The notes beneath the pieces were generated by a model, which saw only the letters and a list, made by a program, of their open reading frames with translations, had not been told where the DNA came from and did not search any database. This document shows, piece by piece, positions 18,020 to 29,939 of a DNA stretch of 36,567 nt; position 1 is the first letter of the stretch, and every line of letters starts with the position of its first letter. The DNA comes from Octopus bimaculoides (taxonomy: Eukaryota). A program made the position numbers and the translations under genes. The stretch lies in assembly GCF_001194135.2 (NCBI RefSeq), contig NC_068991.1, forward strand, positions 28,906,598 through 28,943,164, given 5' to 3'.

Positions 18020-20506
18020 TTGCTTGATGAAACACAATGTGGATATAAAATTTTTGATCATTATCCTTGTGTAGGAGCACAACTCCTATCCCATACTTGC
18101 TGGCATCTGTAGCTAGTATTATCTCCAACTTTGGGTTGAAATGTGTAAGATACAAGTCTGAAGTTAACACATCTTTTAACTCATTAAATGCTTTCTGGCA
18201 TTTCTGTCCAAACCCATTTGGCATTTTTTTAAAGTAATTCATTAAGTGGGATATACACTTGGTAATAATTTACCAAGCCTATACACTTGCTAATAATTTG
18301 GTATATGCACTTGGTAATAATTTATCAAGCCTAGGAATGCTTGTAGCATTGTCAAGTTTGTCGGGGGTGGTATATTTTGTATTGCTGTTGCCCTTGATGG
18401 GGTCTGGTCTGTGCCTACTTTCGTCGATTATTTGACCTAGGTTTTTTTCCCATCAAAAATTCGCATTTTTCTTCTGTCAGTTTTAGCCCATATTCACTTA
18501 TTCTCTCGAATACTTTCTATATGTGTTCGATATGTTGCACCTGAGTCTCGCTCTTTATCAAAATGTCATCAAGGTATGCTATGGCAAAGCCACAGTCACT
18601 TAGCATCACATTCATTATTTGTTGGAATATGGTGGGTGCCACTTTTACAAGTTGTTTGAACTTGTACAATCCACAGTGCATGTTGATTGTTAGTAGATGT
18701 GTGCAATCTTCCTCTAACTGAATTTGAAGGTACGCCTCTGTGAGGTCTAACTTTGAGAAAATTTTCCCTCTGTTCAGTTTAGCAAATACTTCTTCTGAGC
18801 TTGGTAGTGGGTAATTGTGTGTGGGTAAACAGTCGTTTAATCTGGTTGAGAAGACTGCACACACTCTTAGCTTTTTTTTTTTTTTACATAGACCACCAGT
18901 GCTGCCCAGTCTGCATGGTCAATCTTTTCAATTATATTCAGGTTTCCAACCTTTCTAATTCTTTGTTGATCTGGTCTACCACCACAAACACCACGTTCTA
19001 TTTGGGCCTGAAAATAAGTGTTCAATTTTCTTTGATAGCAATCCTTGCTTTTGTTTTTGTGCAACAGTCTAAACCTTTCAAAAAAACTTTTGGGAAAGTT
19101 TCTTTCAGTTTTTGTCTCAGTTCATCAACCTCAGTCAATTGTTTGCCTACTCCATTTACATTATTGCACAAAGCACTTATGGGTGTATCCCATAAATCAA
19201 ATTTCTCCATACATTCAGTGCTAAATAAATTCATAGATATTTTCAACATATAAACATCCACTTCTTTGGTTCAACCTTTGAACATTATATTACAAATGTG
19301 TTTGCCTGTGAAATATAATTTTCTTCTTGTAACACAATATGCTATTTTGTTTGAACTACATAATTTTGGTTTACCCATTTGTTCCCATCTTTTCTCATTT
19401 ATGATTGTGATGTCACTTCCCGTGTCTAATTACATTCTGACACTAGTGGTTTCAATTTTCATATTCATGAATTTTCTGTTTGTTGTAGTTACAGTTTTTC
19501 CTGCTGATAAACTATTTATTTTATCTTGTTTGTTCCATCTTCCTATCATTCTAGTCTTGCAGTGTGATTTTATATGTCATGTAAACCTGCAGTAAAAACA
19601 CTTTGCTTTTTTTATATGGATAATCTTTTTTCAGGTGCATTCTACTACATGCTATACATGGATTTACATCCCAATATTTTTGCACTGGTCTTATGTGAAA
19701 ACACCCTTTCTGTTGAATTTCTTCTGTGTCATACCTTAATTCTAATATCATGTCACACTCTTCTGACAGTTTCTGCAATGTCAAATCCTGGTTCATTTCC
19801 AGTTTCGCTAGAATTTTCATTTGGATTTCTGCATCCTCTTTATCTGTCTATCCCTGTGTCAAAATCAAACACTTGAAAGAATCTGGAGTTAGCATATCCA
19901 GCCTAAATCTTTCATATTCTTTGTTGATTCTGCCTGTGTAAGTAATGAAGTCTTCATCTTCACTCTTTTCTATATTTAAACATTTCCATCTCGTATTAAA
20001 TAGCGAGCTCTTTCACTAAACATTTTGCACAAAATATCAAATGTGTCGGTGAAATTTATGTTGAACACATTTTTTGGCAATGTAAAGTTACTATACTTCT
20101 CATGCTCTGCAGTCGCTAGTTTTCTTAAAACTAGACGAGTTTTCATTTCGTCCGTCCAATCCTGACATTCTTTTTCAAAAATTTGTTGAAATTTTTGAAA
20201 GTAAGCCTCAAGTGTTACTTCTTCTTTGGGGTCATATTTGAATTTGCTTATGGAATTTGTTACATGGTCAGGCGAAAATGTATTCTCTAGTTTGGTTATC
20301 AACTTCATTTGCTACTTTCCTTGTTGTTGTTGTTCTTGCAACTCAACTATCCTAGCTTCCATATTTTACGATTTTTATGAGTTTGCACAAGATTTTTGTT
20401 TCTTTTTTTTGTCGAATTATTTAATTTTCCACACGAATTAGTTTAAACTCTTTATGTGAATGTTTTGCTTTTCCCTCCGTGTAAACTTGTTTTTCCTCGT
20501 TGCCAC
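18020..20506 (-). mobile_element. Ty3/Gypsy (Mag/K02A2.6-like) LTR retrotransposon internal region, 3'-truncated and pseudogenised
   Basis: gag FKYDPKEEVTLEAYF...KTRLVLRKL...KYSNFTLPK (19976-20308); protease LDTGSDITII (~19400-19425); RT FSKLDLTEAYLQI...AYLDDILI (18517-18864); RNase H start LATDASKYGIGVVL (~18080-18120). No integrase or 3' LTR seen. Confidence 0.9.
20495..20505 (-). promoter_or_regulatory. Primer-binding site of the Gypsy element
   Basis: TGGCAACGAGG, 1 nt after the LTR end, resembles the TGGCGACGAG PBS typical of Mag-type elements. Confidence 0.75.
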
Positions 20507-20816
20507 TGTTGTAAAGTGGGTTCCTCCCACTGGTGTGATTGTGTGACTGACGTTATACCATAGTTGCAGTTTTGCTCTAGTAGCCACAATAGTTACTAGT
20601 GATTGGATACTGTTGTATCTCTTCGTACCTGAATAATAATACACTAACTTCTTCTGTCTTACTGTCACTGATAGTTCCACAAGACATCGACTAGAACTGT
20701 TGACTCAACTCTTCGACTCTCAACCCTCTCTTGATGACTGGCTACTGGTCTATTTATAATAATTGCCTCCTACCACTTTTTACCACAGGAGGGGTATACA
20801 GTTTCACTATACAACA
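20507..20816 (-). mobile_element. 5' LTR of the Gypsy element (310 bp)
   Basis: Perfect 7-bp terminal inverted repeat TGTTGTA...TACAACA; internal TATAAATA on the minus strand; directly followed by the PBS. Confidence 0.8.
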
Positions 20817-21024
20817 TTCACCATGTATGTGAGCATAGACCTCTAACTGTTTCTGTTTCCATACAACCCTTTTCAATCTTTCTCCCTAGTAGTCACAGAG
20901 ATGAAATTAACTATCATACAGAATGGAGATCTAAACAAGCTGTGTACACACAAACAACTTGATGAAGTTGTATATTTTATATATTGTAATGACTAATATT
21001 ATAATCATCAACTTAATGAAGATG

Positions 21025-21872
21025 ATTGTGTGCTTACAGCTATGCTACACAGGAGTGAAACATGAGCTGTGACAGCCGAGGACATGCATAGGCTTGAAAG
21101 AAATGAAGCCAATATGCTTCAATGGATGTGCAATGTCAGTGTGCATGTTCGACAGAGTGTAAGCATCTTGAGAGAAAAGTTGGGCATAAGAGGCATCAGA
21201 TGTGGTGTGCAAGAGAGATAACTATGCTGGTATGGTCATGTGATGTGTATGGACGAGGACAGCTGTGTAAAGAAGTGCTGATCACTAACTGTAGAGGAAA
21301 CCTGTAGTAGAGATAGACCCAAGAAGATATGGGACAACGTGATGAAGCATGATCTTTGAACTTCAGGCCTCATAGAGGCAATGACTGGTGACTGAGAGCT
21401 TTGGTGATACGCTGTGCTTGAGAAGACCCGCCAAGCCAAGCGAAATCATAGCTGTGGCCAATGTTGGTGTCATGTAACTGGCACCTTTTGAGAATTGAGC
21501 CTCATGGAGGCAAAGTGGCTGATGCCGGTGGCATGTGAAAATCACCTTTTGAGTGTTGGGCTTCACGGAGGTAATAACGAATGACTGAGACCTTTGGCAT
21601 TATGTCATGCTTGAGAAGAAGACCCATCAAGCCAAGTAAAATTGCAGTTGTGGCATATACTGGTGTCATGCAAATGACACCTGTGCTGGTGGCACATAAA
21701 AGCACCCATTACACTTTTGGAGTGGTTGGCATTAGGAAGGGCATCCAGCTGTAGAAACCATGCCAAATCAGACTGGAGTCTGGTACAGCCTTCCAGCTTG
21801 CCAGCCCTGGTCAAACCGTCCAGCCCATGCCAGCATAGACAATGGTTGTTAAATGATGATGATGATGATGAT
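21025..21872 (+). mobile_element. RTE-clade LINE 3' end with repetitive 3' UTR and (GAT)n tail
   Basis: CVLTAMLHRSET*AV..RLERNEANMLQWMC...LREKLGIRGI...WYGHVM...RDRPKKIW; the 3' UTR contains ~100-bp internal duplications and ends in ATGATGATGATG. Confidence 0.9.
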
Positions 21873-21964
21873 TAATATATGACAATATTAACAATGAAGC
21901 AAATATTGTTTTTCAGTTATTTCACCTATTCATCTTCCCATCAAACTTTGTTGTCAGAAGAGTA

Positions 21965-23243
21965 TAAGGGTGGGCTGAAAAGTTCATAGGCCATCTATAA
22001 AGGAGTGATGCTAGAGCTGTGACATCTTGCATACATTAATTTCAACTCTTCTGATTAATAACTGCATTGTTTCTTTCTGGGTAAATTGACATCTGACTGT
22101 TCAAAGAAAACTTCAAAAGTAACTAGAAATAACTTCTCTTGAAAATTGGCAAAATTTAACATTATGGTATTAACAAGTACCTACAGAAAAAAAGGGTTTA
22201 GCCCCCAAGGATATTCATGCTGACATGATTGCTGCATAAGTGGGTGATGCTTCAGTTTCATCAACAGTGCAAAAGTGGGCAGCTGAATTTAGGAGGGGAA
22301 TGAAGAGTCTTGAAGATGACCCAAGATCTGGACATCCTGCAACTGATACCACTAAGGAAAACATTGTCCACCACATGGTGATGGATAACAGATGATTTGC
22401 AATAAATCACATAGCCAATATTGTCAGCATATCCCACGAACGAGTTGAGAATATTCTGCACTATGAATTTGACATGACAAAGGTTTCTGCTAGATGGGTG
22501 CCAAGTTTTATGACACCTGATCAGAATTGCACCAGGCTGATTACATCACAAGAAAATCTGACATTGTTTGAGGCAGATCCAGCTGGCTTCCTTGAACATT
22601 TCTTAAGCTAAGATGAATGGTGGGTTCTTCAGTTTGAACCAGAGACAAAGAGACAAGCCATGCCTCCTCACCTGCTCCAAAAAAAAAGGCATCTGCAGGT
22701 AAGGTGGTGGCCTCAGTTTTTGGGGATGTAAAAGGCATCATGTTTATTGATTATCTTTGAAAAGGCTACACCATCAGCAATGGAGACTGTCATGCCAACT
22801 TGCTGAAGAAATTATGAAAGGCCATCATGACCAAATATCCAGGGAAACTAACGAGAGGGGTCTTGTTTCATCAAGACAATGCTTCAGCACACAAATCCTT
22901 GGTTTAAATGGCTGTTGTTCATGACTGTGACTTTGAACTGATGGTTGAACACCATCCCTATTCTCCTGACTTGACCCCATTTGACTATCATCTGTTCCCT
23001 AACATGAAAAAAGACTTGGTTGGGAACCAGTATTGCAGTGACAATGATGTTGTGTCTGCTATGATGACTTCTTTTTTTTAGCAACAGGGCAAAAGCTTCT
23101 TCACTAATGCACTCCAAGCACTGCAACACTGATGGGAGACGTATGTGGACTTCAAGGGGGGACTATGTTGAAAAATAAACGTCATTAGATCATATTCCAT
23201 GAGAGTATCTTGGTCAGCCTATGAACTTTTCAGCTGACCCTTG
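21965..23243 (+). mobile_element. Near full-length mariner (irritans/Hsmar2-like), 1279 bp, inactivated
   Basis: TA TSDs (21963-21964 and 23244-23245); TIRs TAAGGGTGGGCTGAAAAGTTCATAGG / CCTATGAACTTTTCAGCTGACCCTTG; motifs DDPRSG.P, SARWVP, DEWW, FHQDNA and HHPYSPDLTPFDYHLFP, with stops and frameshifts. Confidence 0.93.
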
Positions 23244-24186
23244 TACTTTGCAGATCTGATTTCAAGTTGTTTTGTCATTAAGAACAGTGAGTATTTCAGT
23301 GGCAAGTAAATTCTCCTGCCACAGAAACACTCGATGTTTTCCATTCCTTTAAACATGGTTTGCTATTGCAAAATATTTTGTCAAAGTCTTACACAAGTTG
23401 AAGTTTGAAAAATAGATTGGAATTTTGAAAAAAATATCAATAAAGCAAGAATTTCAGTTGCTTTAATTGAAGTATAATGGGACCAAAAGGGCTCTTGCTA
23501 CCACTTCTATCCATAAAACAAATGGCTGCAGCACCTTTTCTAACTAAAATGGTATATTTCTATCCGTTTTGTCAGTATATTTTCTAAATATTTCTTTCCT
23601 TGGCAAAGGGGATCATCATTCTCTAGCCTGTGAGTTGAAATACCTCAATGGAAAAAAAATTGTTCAAACTCAACATCACAGAAAACATACTGCCGAAACC
23701 AGGAAAGTCTTGTTTTTCCCTAAAACTTATTTAATTCCCATGCTAAACAGAAAAGTTTCTACAGGATGGTAAACATCTCTTTAAAATGTAAATCACAAAT
23801 CTATCTATCAGAAGTGTTCCAAAATGTGGAATACAATAAAATGACAAAAGAAAAAAAATTTTTTTTAATTGTGGCAGATATTACAAAGGGGAAGTTAATG
23901 GGGAGTGTGTGTTTGTGTGGGAAGAGTTGAGATTAAGTCAAGTCATCATCATCATCATCACCATCGAGTATATATTTTATTTATTTCGATATTTTATTAT
24001 ATAGACATCTTTTGTTTAACAACATAAACATTAAAATTACCACAAAAATAATTATGAGTCATGAAGAAAGTTCTCTAACTTATCACTTGACCTGTTGGAA
24101 ATAGCAGTGAAATCTCACTCAAATTACACTGAACAGCAGGCATATCAAACACACAGCTCTTCCAAACAAAAATGCGGCCCTCAGGT

Positions 24187-24601
24187 GGTGGAGTTTCGGA
24201 TCAGGACGTCTGCATAAATTGGAATTTTTCCGTTTTGACGGAGATTTTTCCAATATTTTTTTCTTTGAAATGATGTGGAGCATCTTTCTATGAAAAAATT
24301 TTTGGATAATTAATGATTTTCTTCACCGAAAAGGCTTCTCCCATTGTTTTTAAGTGTGTAGCACAAGAAAAAAACAAAACAAAAAAAACATTGGCTAAAA
24401 TCGGTCCGGAGGCGGGGGAGGGTGAAATGGAAAGAAAAAAAAAATCACGAATTCTCAAAAATTTTTCCCCCATAAAAAATGCCCCTCTCCCATCATTCGC
24501 TGAAGTTTCAATACAGTATACAAATACAGAAAAATTAGAAAAACCTCCGGCAAAGTGGAGAAAGTCCAACATATGTGGGCGTCCTGATCCGAAACTCCGC
24601 C
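24187..24601. mobile_element. 415-bp MITE with 22-bp GG..CC TIRs
   Basis: GGTGGAGTTTCGGATCAGGACG / CGTCCTGATCCGAAACTCCGCC (one mismatch); no TSD recognised. Confidence 0.7.
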
Positions 24602-24828
24602 TTTTATTATAGAGACAACTTGTTTGGACAACTTTTAAATATAAGCATTATATCATTACAAAAGATAACTGAATCAACAAGTAAAGTTCTATAACGTTGG
24701 AAATAGCACAAACACAAATGCGGCCCGCGGGTGGCGTAGCTAGGTTTGAAAATGAGGAAATAAAAAAAAATCTTAATAATAAAAACAGAATTATTGATGA
24801 ACATATATAAGGTTTTAGAAGATTTTTA

Positions 24829-24919
24829 GGCGGAGGTAACGAATACGTACACAACCCGTTTTCAGCGTAACAAAAACCCTAACCCTAAACACCGGGTGTG
24901 CGTATTCTGTACTTTCGCC
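24829..24919. mobile_element. 91-bp mini-MITE with perfect 8-bp TSD (Merlin-like)
   Basis: TIRs GGCGGAGGTAACGAATACGTACAC / GTGTGCGTATTCTGTACTTTCGCC; TSD GATTTTTA at 24821-24828 and 24920-24927; core contains AACCCTAACCCTAAA. Confidence 0.8.
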
Positions 24920-26069
24920 GATTTTTACTCAGAAATAAAGAATTGTTGTAAACTAGTATTTAAAAATATGCGACCCCTATGAGAACATGTATGTGAGAGG
25001 TGCGGCCCATAGAGACTCTGCAGTCTGACATGCCTCCCGTACAGTAATGAGTGTAGAGGTAAATAGCAGATAGGAGTTGTCATAGATGATAATGATCGAA
25101 AGAAAGAATGAGGTAGCGATAGCCAACAGAGATATCTTTGATTACAGGTCAGCTGGCCTTGAAATGACCTGGAGTTAAACAACCAGCTAAACATTTAAAA
25201 CACTATCTTTGCTTCAATTAATTTTTAAAGTATTGAAGAATTTAATAAAATAATTTTGTCGTTATCAAGCTGGTATTTGAAATAAACTAACATGATATTT
25301 TGATGGAAGTTTTCAATACAAATCACTTAAAAAAGTTTGTAAAATATGAACAAGGATGAGGCATGAATCAAAAAGGTTGAATGGTTAAAAAAAATATATA
25401 TACGTACAGTAGAAAGAGGGAGGACGTAAAAGAGGACTGTTCTGGCAAGTTTTAACTCGAGAATGAAATGCAGTGATAAATACCTCAGCTTTATAAACGT
25501 TTTCTTTGTATTAGATGTTAGCAATTGTTGATATATATGAGGTCGCGAAGGGAGGTAACATTGCTATGCAATACAGCACACTATGTGTATACACCTCCTC
25601 ACTCACGTGTGTTTACGTTTGGGAGTTTTTGTAAACACACATTCATATATTTATATTAGTCTGAAATAGATATTTACTTGAGTGCATTCCAATTATCCAC
25701 ATTATAAAATGAAGGAGGAAAGTGTTGTATACAGTGCTCAGGAGCCCTATAACTATAAAGAAAAGGCCATCAGGTGTACAGTTGCAATATTAAAACAAGT
25801 CTCTCTAAGAAAAATGAATCTAGGTTATAAACATGCATGAACCTTTATTTTTAGAGCTTCAGCCAGCCATAGTTGCTCATGCATCTGTGCATGTATTTGT
25901 TGGCCTGGGTATGACTGTTTGTGAGGAAGATTAGCAGTTGCTCATACATGCAAATATCGCCCCTCCACACTACCGATTTGGGCCAATCCAGTTCGGAACC
26001 TGTGCCTTCTCAGGTGCTGCTGACAGAACATTTAGAACTGAAATATAAACTGCAAGATATTCAGTTTCA

Positions 26070-26397
26070 CCAATCTGTCATGGATTGGTACATTTTATCG
26101 ATCCTTCCCCACATCAGGACGAAAGGCAAAGTAAACCTCGGCGAGATTTGAACTCAGAACATCAAGAGTCGGAACTAATATTTAATTTCTACACTAGGCA
26201 CAAAGCCAGAAATTTTTGGGGAGGGAGCCAGTCGATTAGATTGACTCCAATACGCAACTGGTACTTAATTTATCGACTTCGAAAGGATGAAAGGCATAGT
26301 CGAGCTCGGCAGAATTTGAACTTAGAACATAAAGACAGACGAAATACTGCTAAGCATTTCGCCCGGCGTGCTAACGTTTCTGACAGCTCACCGCCTT
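26070..26397 (-). mobile_element. SINE family A: partial copy (26070-26160) and full copy (26187-26397)
   Basis: Reverse complement of the family A consensus, ending ..CTCACCGCCTT. Confidence 0.85.
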
Positions 26398-27157
26398 CGT
26401 CAGAACTAATATTGCGAAATTTTCTACCCAACACTGTGATAGTTCTTATGTATAAACATTTAGTACCAAAATGTGTGGGTGTGTACGAGTTTGCTTATGT
26501 GTATAAATAGGGTATGCGTATGAAGGTGGGGATGTGTATGCATATGTGAGCGTATATATGTGCATTGTAGATGTGTATGTGAGTTTGTAAGTGTGTATGA
26601 GTGTGCGTCTGTATAATTAATCGCCTTCTGGGTTATTGGAAAGGTTAAACAAGATAATGTTTGTTTTACATCCGGTGTTATTTGTTATGGTTTGCCCAAT
26701 CTAGTTTAGCTTGTTGTTCAAATCTCTACTTGATAGGGTTCTATTGTTGTCAGAATCAAAATTTTAAAAATATTTCTCTCTTCAATGATACAACAATTAT
26801 CAGGTGTATTTTTCACCGAAATTTATGTGTATCTCCGTTTGATACTAATAGCATGAACTTCCCTGCTCTGCACAAATATTATACCTCCGACAAAAATCCT
26901 GTTATGGTCAGCTATATGGCTAACATAGGATTATAAATCTGCAGCAACAACTCGAAATCTATAAACACCAGACACACAAATAAACCTGAATACAATCGTA
27001 GTGACACGATAAGGGGCCATTTAAAAAAAAAAAAATTTCTATGAAAATAATATACAGGTTAGATGTAGAATTGGCACAGTATACAGAAAAATGTACATCT
27101 ATTTAATCAAGAACACCTTTAATGCATACTTCGCACAGCACACTCATTCGTTTATAT

Positions 27158-27408
27158 CAGTGGTTCTCAACCATTTTTTTTGTTTACCTATGGATCCCTT
27201 TGATTGTTATTTTACTCGGTGGACCCTCATAACCATTGAATAATAATAAAAACATCCTGTTATATTTTCATAATTAAATATTATTAAAAATTATAGTTAA
27301 AAAATTGTTAAAATATTGTGTATTGTAGAATTTATAGTAGATAAATTTTGATAACAAAATCTTATCTAGACCACCAACGGCCATATCGACCCAGGTTGAG
27401 AATTACTG
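27158..27408. mobile_element. hAT (Charlie-like) MITE, 251 bp
   Basis: TIRs CAGTGGTTCTCAACC / GGTTGAGAATTACTG; flanks GTTTATAT / GTTAACAT match at 6 of 8 bases. Confidence 0.75.
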
Positions 27409-27649
27409 GTTAACATGGTGGTATTACACATTTTCCAAAAATAAGTATACAAAGAATCGTTACACCGCTCAGTACAAAACGTACACTTTTGAAGCCTAAT
27501 TCACAAAGAATACTCATTCGTTTAGATGCAGAAATAAGTACATATAAAAGCGATGTACCATTCAATAAAAATGTACATATATGTAACTTAAAATATCATA
27601 AAACTGTGTTTCGCACTGTACACTCATTCATTTAAAACCAGAAACAAAT

Positions 27650-28205
27650 ATATAGAGAATTGAAACGCCGTACAGTAGAAATGTACATCAGTTTCACTAA
27701 CAATAGTTATAACGGTTGGTAAATGAGGAAAATGGATATATAACTTGAGATGAAATGAACTGTTAAGCAACGATTTATTCTCCGTTATAAGATACAATGA
27801 TTGCCATACATGAATTAACATAATATAACAGGTTACAACAAGGATGTGCGAGAAACTTCGTGGTTAGGTTGGACTGTTGATCTGTAGACATAGTTGACGT
27901 ATTGTTTGGTAGTGTGTAGAGGCAGCCGTTGGTCTACTGGTCATGTGGTCTTCATACAGCAACGATGTGTCTGGTGTTGATGAAAGCGGAGACTGGCTGG
28001 TGTCAGATACATCGTTGCCGGAGACGAGTTGCGTGTGGTCAGTGGCGTGAGCCAAAGACCTAGAGCAGTTGAGAATTACCGTTCTTATAGAGATCAGTAG
28101 GCTTCCAGGAGCTGGTGATTAATTTCCCCGTGTAAGGAAAAATGAACTGTTTCGCAAACGCGTTTGGACAGCTAGTTGCAGAGTATGTTCATGTAATATG
28201 TTACA
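27650..28205 (-). mobile_element. Possible solo LTR or other unclassified repeat
   Basis: On the minus strand: a TGTAACA start at 28205, TATAAG, a CA-rich body, then AATAAA followed by a T-rich tract. The left end and TSD are not established. Confidence 0.3.
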
Positions 28206-29158
28206 AGCCTTTTCTTTCAAACCATTCTTATATGTTAACGCATTACATCCAGTAATAAATATGTTATGACTTATTATGAACGTCTCACAAGTTCTTATTT
28301 TTCTTGTCGTTTTACGTACAAGATGGTGACCCCTCTTAATTCGCATGCAATTATAAGATTGCAGGTTGTCACATACTGACATCACTACAAATCAAAACAA
28401 AAACATCTCGCACATAATGACAGTGTAAATCACTTCTGCTACAGTCATTCCCTTACCAGAATATTTGTCATAGACAAAAGTGCGACACGCCAAAAGAGAT
28501 CGGTAACAGATGAGAGAATTTGCCAAGGTACAGAGAAATGTATAAACAGTTGAAAAGAATTGAAAAAATAATTGTCCAAAATCTGTTGAAGCAGAAGAAA
28601 AGCAAAGCAAAATAAACATTTCAGGACCAAATGGAAAATTCAGTATTGATGTGTTGGAGTCGATATTACAAGGCAGAAAGCATGTGTGTATGTATGTATG
28701 TATGAACTTTAAGCAAAAAATATTTGAGTCAAAAATGTGTGAACAAAATATTTAACAATCAGAAACAGGAACAATGTAAAAAAAGGGGTCCTGAAAAGTG
28801 AAAACATGTGAAAATGTGTAAAGCCAGTCTTTTGAAAATTGCGCCAACACGATTGGACAGCTGGAAACCGACCAATACAAACAACAGGTTCGTTTAATCA
28901 CGAGGTCAAACGACCTGGAACGAAAAGTGCTCTGGAGCCGATATTCGGGTATTTAAGCCTAGATGAGTCAAAACAAAAACCTCTCACACATAATGACAGT
29001 GTAAATTCCTTCTGCTCAGTTAAAGTTAGATTCGCCTAGAGTACTACATCAATATATGAATAGTTGCTAAGAAACCAATTGAAAATACGTCGTACTTTCA
29101 TCTAGTCAATTGTATGCAGAACACGTGATGTATTCAGGTATTTACATGCAAGAATATA

Positions 29159-29210
29159 TACCGTATATACTCGAGTAATAGTCGATCTTATGTAAAAGTC
29201 GAAAAGGAGT
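29159..29210 (+). mobile_element. pogo-type TIR remnant
   Basis: TACCGTATATACTCGAGT..AGTCGA, the same motif as at 33453. Confidence 0.55.
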
Positions 29211-29222
29211 ACTAGATACATA

Positions 29223-29485
29223 TCACGTGATCACGTAACCGACCAGACTATCAAATGTCACACATTGCTGGTAACAATGCGCTTTACATTGTTTTAGCCA
29301 TCAAATGACGCCACCCTGTTGGCTAAGCAAGCAGGTTAACGCTCCCCCTTGATCGAAAAGGGACTGAAGCAACGTGAAATGAAGTTTTTGCTCAAGAACA
29401 CAACGCGCCGCCCGGTCTGAGAATCGAACCCACGATCTAGCGATCGTGGGTGCAACAGCCTAACCTCTGGGCCACACGCCTTCAC
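29223..29485 (-). mobile_element. tRNA-derived SINE, family B head with a different tail
   Basis: Minus strand reads GTGAAGGCGTGTGGCCCAGAGGTTAGG (A box), GGGTTCGATTCTC (B box) and TTGTGTTCTTGAGCAAAA, the central motif shared with 6091-6360. Confidence 0.8.
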
Positions 29486-29939
29486 ACTGAATACATATGA
29501 AAGGAGGAAACTGCAGGGACAAAAAGACTGTCATTTCTTTCGTTTGATCTCTAGATTTGTTAGTCCAAGTCTTAGCAAAAATGAACTAAAATTCTCAACA
29601 GACTTGGAGTGTTCTTGGTTGCATAAATGGTCAGTTAGTGATGGTACAGTAGCGGAGTATACTAGATGGTTGCCACGATAGACAAAGGATGAAAGATATA
29701 AGGTGATGAAAGTCAAGTTGTAGTCAGGCTGCGTATAATGAGCACAAAACACACGTGAACAATTAACAGAATTTTTTTTCACTGCACAAATAATTTTCAT
29801 GTTTTCATGTTTATTCGTGGATAAAAAAATTGTGACAACAAAGTTTACACACTGGAAAGAATTTTATGTAGCTTTTACAAATAGTTGATTAAAAAGGCTC
29901 TGTAATTAAGCTACAGAAAGAGGAGAAAATATACTGGGA

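Noticed and set aside
24885-24899. Telomere or chromosome-end sequence
   Set aside because: Only about two TTAGGG units, internal to a 91-bp TSD-flanked MITE.
27582-28205. TGTAAC...GTTACA as exact solo-LTR boundaries
   Set aside because: No TSD (ATATA vs AGCCT), and the left TGTAAC falls within a local tandem repeat unit.
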